Shown piece after piece: positions 38,901 through 51,438 of a DNA stretch of 64,000 bases. The notes under the pieces were generated by a model. It was not told the origin of the DNA and searched no databases. It saw nothing but the letters and a program-made list of their open reading frames with translations. The stretch spans positions 68,882,001 through 68,946,000 of the forward strand of contig OX597830.1 in assembly GCA_951406725.2 (NCBI GenBank), written 5' to 3'. Both the position numbers and the translations under genes were made by a program. Numbering within the stretch: the first letter of the stretch is position 1; each line of letters begins with the position of its first letter. Source of the DNA: Octopus vulgaris. Lineage: Eukaryota.

Positions 38901-41900
38901 CGGGGAGGTTCCAGATTAACGGCGACCCACAGCGCGTTGGCTCATCTCCAAGATGTCAGTACTCTCATCTGATTATCCCGTGGAGAACCTGCATGTTCCC
39001 GACCAACGAGAAATCAACTTATACTACAGAATGTGTATTGATATATGGAATTTCCTGTCACTCCATCGTCCCAGGTCACACACTCTGTTGTCCTGATAGC
39101 TACTCTGCTACAACATCACCTTGGCGGACTCAGCGTGACACGCTGTCCTGGCAATGATAATTTCATCGAAGGTGATTGTTACTTTATCTGGAGCGATCCC
39201 AAAGACCCAATGAGCCTCTACAGCATGGCACTTACCATGCCCAAGCATGTCAGCAAGTCACCCAGTTTTCGGAACCCGGTGACTGATAATTTGCTGTCCA
39301 CTCTTTTCGACCGACCGACTCCAGACTCAGCCTATTGGTACAACCTTTGCCGACCCAGTCACCAATGACAGTGGTAATCACCTCTGCTCCGATGCCGTTA
39401 CAACAACCTTTATATTGCAGACACATGTTTCTCCCGCAAACTTAGCCATCACTGGACTTGGTACAGTCCGGACGGTTACACCCAGAAGTCGATTGACCAT
39501 ATCATCATCTCCCGCCGCTGGAGGTCATTTGTTACTAACTGCCAAGTCTAGTCTACAGAGGTGCTTAACTCGGTAATACCGATCATCGATTGCTGGTTGT
39601 GACCCCGCCACCAAATGCCAGCTACACCCTAACTTATCCTGTCTCCGTGGTCCCAATATCGCCTCAAAATGTGTGTACTCTAGCACCAATCATTTCAGCA
39701 TCCTAGCTATGAATGAAACTGATAACTGGGAGATCTTCAAATCAAGTGTTAACCAGTATGCATGTAACGTCCTGGAATGTTCAAGAACTCTTCCTAAGCG
39801 GCGCTGGATTTTTACTGTGAGCGCATGAGATAATAAACTACCGCTGCAAGGTTTGCCTTTGTGGTGTATCATGAGGGTGTATCACCGGCTCAAAGGGTAT
39901 GCAACAATGCCATATCAGACGACCAAGAGAAGTTCTGGGTGGGAAAAATTGAGCGCCTGCATGCAGCAGCAAAGAACAACGACAATCAGTCGGGTATTCA
40001 ACTTGCACCACAGAGCTCGTGATGGTCTCCAGTTTAAGATAGCCCCGGCAAGGGGTACCAATAGCAAAGTCATCACCACGGAGAAAGTCTATCCGAACTC
40101 TGGAAGGAGCACTCCAGCCTTCTTCATCACCGCCTGTCCCAATTGATCCCAGCCTAACCGTCACTGCAGTCACAGATGCAACCAATGACGCTTGTAGACT
40201 CGATCCTGTCACCCTCAACGAAGTCATTGCCGCTCTAAAGATGACGCTCAATGCTCAATGCCAAAGGTCTTGGAATCTGCTCTACCACTGCGGAGATATT
40301 GAAGCCTGGCGGAGAAAACATGACACAGGGATTCACTTGCATCACCAAACATGTATGAGTGTCAGAGCAGCTCCTAAATGACTGAACCCATTCTCCCCTT
40401 CTTGAAGTTAAAGGACAACAAACTCGCCTGTAATGACCACAGGGACATCATCCTCCTCCCTATCCAGAGCAAGCTCTTCACCAGCATCTTTCTCAGTCGT
40501 GCTCTTCATGCCATTAGAAGCAGACGCCACTCACAACAATCCGGATTCATGCAGAATCGAACTATCACAGATCATAGTTTTGCCCTTCGTCTCATCATTG
40601 AAAGATTTCAGGAGTTTCGCAAAGATCGCCAACTCTACATCGCCTTTATCGATTTCCAGATGGCTTTAAACACAGTCGATCATGCATTCTTGTGGAAAAT
40701 TCTCGAGCTCATCGGTGCCTCTCCCAAGATCACAACTCTGTTCCAGCAGCTCCATAACAGTGCCAAGAGCTGCATCTGGGCGAACAGCAAAGATTCTGCC
40801 TGGTTCCTCATCAACATTAAAGTTCAGATGTGGCTGTGTGGGCGTGCTTGAACACTTTAACTGTGTTACCGATTATCAAGGTCTGTGAACGAGTTTCTAA
40901 AAATACCACCTTATCAATTTTGTGTATGCAGATGACACCACCTTATTCATTAAATTAATCGACCAGCTAAGGGGACGTACTCACCAGATTCCGAGAAAAA
41001 TCAGCCAAACTTTGCTTTCTGATAAGTTTGGCGAAGACGAAGCTGATGCATGTTTGGGATGGCCTGGAACTTCTCTCTCTCCATACTGGCCCCGACGTCG
41101 TGAAATTTGTTAGCTCCCTCATCCCCTGGGCTCCATAATTATCAACAATGAAACCTCTTTGGAGCCACTGCTCTGTCTCCCAGAAGATGAAGCTCTGCAT
41201 CTACAATGCATCGGCCCTCGCCATTCTCCTCTATCGAGCAGAAACCTGGCCCCCCTCGAAGACCCTGGCAAAGAAGGTCGGCGGCTTCAATAGCAGAACA
41301 TTTAAGTACATCAGGTGGTACCATCATGTTTGCAACAAAGAATTAAGTGCGCGCATGCATCAGCACCCAGCTTCTCATCTCACAGTTCTCTGTCATATTC
41401 CCTGATACGGACATGCTCTCCATTTCCTGTTAGATCATTCTACATGGGCTTTACTCTCATTCGAAGCTGAAGCTGAGGACAAGGAGAGGCTTTATGGCAG
41501 GCCCCGCACCGTATGGCTGCACGTGATTGGCGAATATTTCTAGAATCTTGATGCCACAGTGGAAAATGCAGAGGGGCTGGTACGGGGCCACCAGCGATAG
41601 AGAACACTAGTGACCTCATCGGTTCTATGCATGGTGATGTCTCCGTAACCACTTACCTGGGAGGATCTCAACTACTTCAAGCAAGAGCTTGAAGCATCCA
41701 ACCATGACTAAACTCTACATATGAGGGAAATATTCATATCTGTTACACTATTGAACATATATAGCAAGATAATAAACATATTATAATAAATAATTATTAC
41801 AATAACATTTATGGCTGATAATCCTTGAAATTGTTGCTTGAATTTTCCAGATTTCATCTGTGACAGGACAAACCCATAACATCTGAAATACTTAATGTCA

Positions 41901-44900
41901 AATACCACAATTCTCAATATTATGAATACAAACAATAAATCATCACAATGAAATATGTTCACAAAACTGCCAGCATTTGAATGTTTTTATTTCATTGTAT
42001 CACACATTAAGTTACATTAATTAAATGCATTTTTCCTCACATATAGATTGATTACAAGATTCACCAAACCCCAATGAAAGCAATAATTCACTTGTTAATG
42101 CATCGATGGTCGAGATCCTCATTGCCAAGCTTACTTATTTCTGTGATTGGCGGAAGAGAAGACGTCCAGTTGAATCCATTTACTAAACAAGCTCTTGGGC
42201 GTGGCTTGGTTAAAGCAGCAAGAGACAATGGTATAAAGTTTTATTTAATAAAAATAATAACAACAATAACAGCAACAGAAACAACAACAACAACAGTAAT
42301 GTTTTATTAAACATCCTTAAACAAACCTTGTGCAGGGACCTTTTGAATGGGACGGGCTACTCGACCTCAAAAAATTTTAACTGGACCCCACCTGCAAGGT
42401 GTTTATCTTGATATGAGATCACCTTGTGCCGTACATATGGTTGTGATACACGTTCCTAGTGCACCCTTTTTAGTCGGGTAGTCATGATGGGTATATTGGG
42501 TTTCATATATTTGTACCCCAATGTCACTTTGATGGCATGCACCGTTCTCTCACTCAGTAATAATGATGATGGTGATGATGATGATGATGATGATAATTTC
42601 TTTATTGATCACAAAGTGTTTACATTACGAAAAACATTATGGACAGTACATGGCAAAGCAAATAATTTCTGTATGTGAATGATGGTGTGTTGTGAGAGTT
42701 TTGCGTGTAAACAGCTTTAGCATAATGGAAGGAAACGAAACAAATTTAACAACGTATAATCCTCAACAGTGGGGAGACGTTCAAGAACTGCTCATGGAAA
42801 AACCTTATAAAAACCATGGGTACCCTGAATTTTGGGGCAGAGAATTCTGTTTCTTTCCTTTTCTCCAATTAGAGGCGTGTGCTCTGCGCAGACCCATTCA
42901 CTCGCATCATTCACGCCACTCTCATCTACCTTTCAGTAGTCCAGAGCTGATCGTCATTTTGACAGGCTTACTTAAGTATAATATTTCTCTTTGCACTCTT
43001 CCATCTCTCTTTGAATATTGCTTGAAAAACTCCTATTTTTGAGGCATTGGGAAATGGAAAGAGTACATTCATTCATTATTCCAGAATATTACTAAACTTG
43101 AGCCAATAAGTGAAACCCTGTCACACTTTCATCTAAGATTTAACTCTTTCTCTAACATACAACACATTTCTAGTTTGCAATATGGAATAAATCAAATATG
43201 CTGGGAGAAGACGTCTGTGTCTGGAAAAAGCTGGACTCGTAAATGTATTTTAGTATTTAGTATTTTATTTCGTTTCGTTACAAGTTCAAATTTTGCCAGC
43301 GATTCATCTTATTCTACCTATCTTGTCAAAGATTGATTTAAAAATTGATAACAGTAGATTCTGGGTTGATTCAATACATCATATCCTTGCTTACATAATG
43401 AGAAATATATCAATAGTTAAACCGACCTCAGTTAACGACAGGTGCATATTTCTGCAAGATTATATGGAAAAAGAGAAAATTCCAGCCCTTTCAGTTGTTT
43501 TGAAGTCACTATGTGAAGGAATATAATTAGATATCACAAAGCATTTTCTCCAAAACTCTTGTGTAATTTTAGAATAAGAAACCAATATTTAAATATAATT
43601 ATTGATCTCTTGTTTCGCAGATGTCTGGATCATAAGTGAAGGTTTACATACTGGAGTTGCGAAATGTGTTGGGGAAGCTATAAATGACTATACATCTAGG
43701 AGTAACTGTCATAGTATTGGTATTGCAGATCGGAACTATGTAAAAGACAAGAAATTGAGAGTGAGTAACAAAGTAAAGTTTTGTTAAATTTTTTTCCTAT
43801 TCTTAAAAAAAATGTTCTAATCTTATCCTTTCTCCGTAGTAACATTACGTATTGATTTATATTATACTGTTGGTGCTTGAAATTTTGATATTAATTATTG
43901 AGGTGGAACATTTAAGTACCAGATTACAGCAAGGGATCAAGAAAAGACCCATATAATTTATGATGAAATGCTAATTTTATGATAAGTGAAGTAATATAGT
44001 CAAGGTTCGTGACTTTCATGTGCGTATTTTTTTCTGTTTTACCTGAATTATAAAAGCAAAACCAGCTGAGTGAATAAGGTGTTTGTCACCTGACGATAGA
44101 AAATGAGTTCACTTCTACTGCTGGTATTTCATTGTATCTGGGGAAAACCTTTTATTCTACTTTGCCTTAGTTTCCTTACCTTATTATAAATAAATCGCAG
44201 TATATATGTGTAATGACTAATGCATACATTTCCACAATTTTCAACCGATTTTCACCAAACTTTATACTCATATTACTTATGTCCCAGGGATTGTCATGCA
44301 CTATAACACTTTGCCCAGAGCTCCCACATAAATGGATGTAAATGGACATAGTTCTTTGTATGCAGAGTCTTCCATACTTTACTAATCGTTTTATAAAAGT
44401 GAAAGGATTTGTCTATTTCCACTGTCCACCAGCGACGGTGATTAAATTGACAAGGAACATTGAACGCATACATTTCCACAATTCTCAACCAATTTTGACC
44501 ATACTTTACACACGCATTACTTATGTCCTGAGGATGGTCATGCACTAACAAATTTTGCCCAAGTTCCGGCGTAAATGTACCTAAATTGACATGGTTTTTT
44601 ATATGTAGGGTTTTCCTTTAATCTTTTTATAAAGATGAAGGGTTCGTATTTTTATTTATTTCGACTGTCCACCAGCCACGGCGATTAAATTGACTAGGAA
44701 CACTGTACGCGATGAATATCCAATACCAAACAAACTTAATCTCCATATTTAAAATTTGGCAATCTTACCTTTACCTATTCTGAGTTACTTTAAAGGTAAT
44801 GTTCCCTTCTCTCTCTGCTACTTGTTGATACATTTGTTTACCTACCAGTGCGTTGTTTCACTTTAAAGATGCTTATTTACCCATCCATTATGATATTTTG

Positions 44901-45758
44901 ACTGTTGTCCATTGTTTCAAATACGTTTTAGCATTATCGATCTAGCCTTTTTAAAAACAATCACATATGATTCATTCTAAAAAAATCAACCTTTAAATAA
45001 GAGTTTCGCTTCCACTAGCGAAAGCTATACATATCTTTCAAAAAACTCCATACCAATTTAACTTTATGCATCATTCGCTGCTAGTTTATGCGCAGGCTAC
45101 GTGGGAGGACAGAATAAAGGGGCTTTTCTTAGCTTATATCTCAAAAATAGCTCCTTTTGCTGTGGCAAAAAAAACTTGCAGAGGGAAGTTTCAACGTCTT
45201 CCTTCAAGTTCATTATACCATTTATGTGTCTCTATCTGACAAGAAATTTCGCTTTCATGTAAAACAACTATATTTTGTAGTCATTATCCTTAATCTACTC
45301 CCAAAACACTTCAGTAGCTCTACTTTACATCGCTTTCAAACTTATATGTTCGACGATCAGTAAAGTGCAACAACCGCCACAGTAATCAGCCTTCAATCTG
45401 ATTTTCCATTCCTAGATTAATCGGAAACATAGATTGCCATGCTACACATAAACCTTCTTGGTTGTCCAATTATTTGGTAAAAAAAATACCACCAAAGCAA
45501 TGTTTGCTGGTCTAGATATATATAAAACAAAGGATGTGTGTTTATGCATTTCTACAGTTTTCAATTGATTTTCATCAAACTTTATACACACATTCCTTAT
45601 GTGCCAAGGATAGGCATGCACTATAACATTTTACCCAGAGCTCCCGCGTAAAGCGAGAAACCGGGATAAAAAGGGGTTTTACACGAGTTTTTCTCTAAAC
45701 ACTGCAGTTTCCAACCGATTCTCTGCCTTTTACTTCTGCAGGTTTCAACCTATTCTCT

Positions 45759-45801
<43 letters not shown>

Positions 45802-45905
45802 ATTTCTCCCTTCTTTCTCTTTTTCGCATTCTTTGTTTCTCTTGCTTACATGTATTCTCTCACACCTTCTGTAATAGTTCCTCTCTTTTAGTTTATGTCT
45901 GTTTC

Positions 45906-45944
<39 letters not shown>

Positions 45945-46377
45945 CTCACTAACAATCACCGAACCGGACAGTACTGCAGCGTAACAAAGGTCTCATCATC
46001 TCCATCGAGGATACGAACCAAATGTTGTAATAGCTTAGGATAACTTTATAATGCCCTACCACAGAACATGAGGGATCTGCGAGATGTAGAACGGAAGTCT
46101 TCAAAAAACGTCTAGAGAGGTTTTTGTATCTGAAATACCAGATGAACACATCGCGGAAGGAGGCACAAAGAAGAGTGACAACGTCCAAATTGCTTCTTCA
46201 CCAGAAGCAATACTGGAAAAATCCCCGGATACTATAAAGGCGGTGCACCAGCATGGCCTCAGCCTCTGGTGGAAGCCTTAAAAAATATACATACATATAT
46301 ATCTATATATGTGTGTGTGTATATATACATATATATGTATATATATATTTTTTTCTCTCCTTGTTTTCGTAAACTCT

Positions 46378-46433
<56 letters not shown>

Positions 46434-46505
46434 GTATATATATATGTATATATATGTATATATATGTATGTATATATATGTATATGTATGTATATATATG
46501 TATGC

Positions 46506-46541
<36 letters not shown>

Positions 46542-46567
46542 GTATATATATATATGTATATATATGC

Positions 46568-46653
<86 letters not shown>

Positions 46654-46794
46654 GTATATATATATATATGTATATATATATGTATATATATATATGTATA
46701 TATATAAAAGAGTAAAAGAGTAAAGAGTATATATATGAATATATACATGTATATACTCTTTATATATATGTATATATATATATGTATATATATG

Positions 46795-46825
<31 letters not shown>

Positions 46826-49800
46826 GTATATATATATGCATATATATATGTATATATATATGTATGTATATATATATGTATGTACATATATATGTATATA
46901 TATATATGTATATATATATATGTATATATATGTATATGTATCATCATCATCATCATCATCATTTAACGTCCGCTTTCCATGCTAGCATGGGTTGGACGGT
47001 TCAACTGGGGTCTGGGGAGCCCGAAAGCTGCACCAGTCCAGTCAGATCTGGCAGTGTTTCTACAGCTGGATGCCCTTCCTAACGCCAACCACTCCGAGAG
47101 TGTAGTGGGTGATTTTATGTGCCACCGACACAGGTGCCAGACGAGGCTGGCAAACGGCCACGCTCGGATGGTGTTTTTTATGTGCCACCGACACAGGTGC
47201 CAGACGAGGCTGGCAGACGGCCACGCTCGGATGGTGTTTTTATGTGCCACCGACACAGGTGCCAGATGAGGCTGGCAAACGGCCACGATCGGATGGTGCT
47301 TGTTACGTGCCCACAGCACGGAGGCCAGTCGATGCGGTACTGGCTACGGCCACGTTCGGATGGTTTTCTTGTGTGCCACGTGCCAAGAAGGAAGGTATCA
47401 CAAGAAGGAAGGTATGCACAGGTGGACTGACTACGTCCCAGGTAGGGGCCATGGGTTATGGCCTGACTAGTCTTGCCGGGTCTTCGGATGGTGTTTTTAT
47501 GTGCCACCGACACAGGTGCTAGATGAGGCTGGCGAACGGCCACGATCGGATGGTGTTTGTCATGTGCCCACCGCACTGACTACAGCACTGATGGATTTCT
47601 TGTGTGCCACAGGCACTGGTACCACAAGATACAAATTCCATTGATGTTCATCTATTTTGTCTATTTTGATTTGATTTGATTTGATTTTCACTTGCCTCAA
47701 CCGGTCTTCACAAGTGTCACAAGAAGGAAGGTATGCACAGGTGGACTGACTAGTCTTGCCGGGTCTTCGGAAGGTGTTTTTATGTGCCACCGACACAGGT
47801 GCCAGATGAGGCTGGCGAACGGCCATGATCGGATGGTGTTTGTTACGTGCCCACAGCACGGAGGCCGGTCGATGCGGAACTGGCTACGGCCACGTTCGGA
47901 TGGTTCTCTTGTGTGCCACCGGCACTGGTACCACAAAGTGTGTGCCACCGGCACTGGTACCACAAAGATACAGATTCCATTGATGTTCATCTATTTTGAT
48001 TTGTTTTGATTTTGATTTTCACTTGCCTCAACAGGTCTTCACAAGTGTCACAAGAAGGAAGGTATGCACAGGTGGACTGACTACGTCCCAGGTAGGGGCC
48101 ATGGGTTATGGCCTGACTAGTCTTGCCGGGTCTTCGGATGGTGTTTTTATGTGCCACCGACACAGGTGCTAGATGAGGCTGGCGAACGGCCACGATCGGA
48201 TGGTGTTTGTCATGTGCCCACAGCACGGAGGCCAGTCGATGCGGTACTGGCTACGGCCACTTTCGGATGGTTTTCTCTTGTGTGCCACCGGCACTGGTAC
48301 CACAAAGATACAAATTCCATTGATGTTCATCTATTTTGATTTGTTTTGATTTGATTTTGATTTTGATTTTCACTTGCCTCAACAGGCCTTCACAAGTATC
48401 ACAAGGAGGAAGGTATGCACAGGTGGACTGACTACGTCCCAGGTAGGGGCCATGGTTTATGGCCTGACTAGTCTTGCCGGGTCTTCGGATGGTGTTTTTA
48501 TGTGCCACCGACACAGGTGCTAGATGAGGCTGGCGAACGGCCACGACCGGATGGTGTTTGTTATGTGCCCACAGCACGATGGCCAGTGATGCGGTACTGA
48601 CTACGGCCATGTTCGAATGGATTCTTGTGTGCCACCGGCACTGGTACCACAAGCGGTACTGACTACTTTTTATGTGCCACCGACACAGGTGCTAGATGAG
48701 GCTGGCGAACGGCCACGACCGGATGGTGTTTGTTATGTGCCCACAGCACGATGGCCAGTGATGCGGTACTGACTACGGCCACGTTCGGATGGATTCTTGT
48801 GTGCCACCGGCACTGGTACCACAAGCGGTACTGACTACGGCCACGTTCGGATGGATTCTTGTGTGCCACCGGCACTGGTACCACAAAGATACAAATTCTA
48901 TTGATGTTCATCTATTTTGATTTGTTTGTATATATATATGTATATATATATGTATATATATATGTATATATAGATATATATGTATGTATATATATATATG
49001 TATATATATATATATGTATGTATATATATATGTATGTATATATATATCTATGTATATATATATCTATGTATATATATATGTATGTATATTTGTATGTATA
49101 TATGTATGTATATATATATGTATGTATATATGTATATATGTATATATATATATATGTATATATATATATGTATATATATATGTATATATAGGTATATATA
49201 TATGTATATATATATATATATGTATATATATGGATTTCGACCAGGTAGAGGCTGCCTAACACAGCTCCTGCAACACTATGACTGGGTGTTGAAACAGCTA
49301 CTAAATGGCTCAAATGTGGATGTAATATATCTTGACTTTGCAAAAGCCTTTGATAAAGTCGATCATGGTATGATCTGTCACAAACTGCGTGGTCTCGGCA
49401 TAGGCAGGAAACTTGGAGAGTGGCTGCACAACTTCCTAAAAGACAGAAAACAGACAGTTGTGAGCAATGGAGCCACCTCCAGGGAAACGCAAATAACAAG
49501 CGGTGTCCCACAGGGCACTGTCTTGGGGCCACTGATGTTCATAGTGGCCCTTTCAGACATGCCTTCAGTTGCTACGATGACCACCCTTGCTAGCTATGCA
49601 GATGACACAAAAGTCTCCCACGCAATACCAAACCCTGAAAATATTGCGCATCTGCAACATGAGCTGGACACAATATACAGGTGGGCTGAGGACAACAACA
49701 TGCAGTTTAATGCAGGTAAGTTCCAGGCCCTGCGCTACTGGCACACAAAGGTAAATGACGTGAAGACTGGATACACTGGCCCAGGAAGAATTGCAATCCC

Positions 49801-50627
49801 TGAGTCAAAATCAGTGCGTGACCTGGGCATTGACATGAGCAATGATGCATCTTTCCAAATGCATATTGCTAATCTGGTGATAAAATGCAGACGGCTAGCT
49901 GGATGGATTCTCCGAACTTTCAGAACAAGAGAGAAGGAGACACTGATGGTCCTATGGAAAACATTTGTCCTCAGCCGCTTGGACTACTGCTCCCAACTTT
50001 GGTCACCACACAATATAAAACAAACAGCAGAACTCGAAGCAACTCAGAGAAGCTACACAAAGAAAATCGTCTCAATGCAAAATGTCAGCTACTGGGAAAG
50101 ACTGAAGGTATTAAACCTCTTCTCCCTGGAGCGGAGGCGGGAGAGATATGCAGTGATATACATCTGGAAAATCCTGGAGGGTCTTGTCCCAAACTTTGGC
50201 ATTCAAAGTTACTCCAACCGCAGAACGGGGCGCCACTGCATGGTGCCAAGGATTCCAACATCACCATCAAAATACAGGTCCAGATACTGCAACAGCTTGG
50301 GTTTCAGAGGACCACAGCTCTTTAACATCCTCCCTAAATGCCTGAGAGACTTACATGGTGTGAATGTGGGTTTCTTTAAAACTAAACTGAATCTCTTCTT
50401 GTTGGGAGTCCCAGATGAACCTACCTCACGACAGGAGACGAGGATGCGGGCAGCGGCATCGGACTCCCTTGTTGATCAAGTACCACGTATCAGAGGTGGA
50501 TTCACAAATTAGTGTAGCTCATTCAGCGGTGGTGCCCCAGCATGGCCGCGGCCTTCGGGCTAAAACTTTTTTAAGGATTTAAGGATTTATATGTATATAT
50601 ATATATGTATATATATGTATGTATATA

Positions 50628-50682
<55 letters not shown>

Positions 50683-51243
50683 GTATATGTATATATATAT
50701 GTATATGTATATATATATGTATATATATATATGTATATATATGTATATGTATATATATATGTATATATATGTATGTATATATATGTATATATATATGTAT
50801 ATATATATATGTATATATATGTATGTATATATATATGTATATATATATATGTAGGTATATATATGTATATATATATGTATGTATATATATGTATATATAT
50901 ATGTATGTATATATATGTATATATATATGTATATATATGTATATATATATGTATATGTATATATATATGTATATGTATATCATCATCATCATCATCATCA
51001 TCATTTAACGTCCGCTTTCCATGCTAGCATGGGTTGGACGGTTCAACTGGGGTCTGGGGAGCCCGAAAGCTGCACCAGTCCAGTCAGATCTGGCAGTGTT
51101 TCTACAGCTGGATGCCCTTCCTAACGCCAACCACTCCGAGAGTGTAGAATATATATATGTATATATATATATGTATGTATATATATATATATGTATATAT
51201 TTATATGTATATATATGTATATATATATGTATGTATATGTATA

Positions 51244-51304
<61 letters not shown>

Positions 51305-51327
51305 GTATATATATATGTATATGTATA

Positions 51328-51362
<35 letters not shown>

Positions 51363-51384
51363 ATATATATATATGTATATGTAT

Positions 51385-51438
<54 letters not shown>

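Noticed and set aside
29107-42046. Two separate tandem TRPM genes
   Set aside because: No MHR4, transmembrane or terminal exons were found for copy A, and an in-frame exon path links A to B. Disfavoured but not excluded without transcript data.
47105-48925. CRISPR-like array of hairpin repeats
   Set aside because: The modules are not separated by unique spacers, there are no cas genes, the context is a eukaryotic intron, and the sequence derives from an RTE-type 3' end.
48980-49229. N-terminal YI/MY-rich part of the 510-aa ORF as a real protein domain
   Set aside because: It is read-through of a TA/TATG microsatellite; CR1 homology starts at YGFRPGR.
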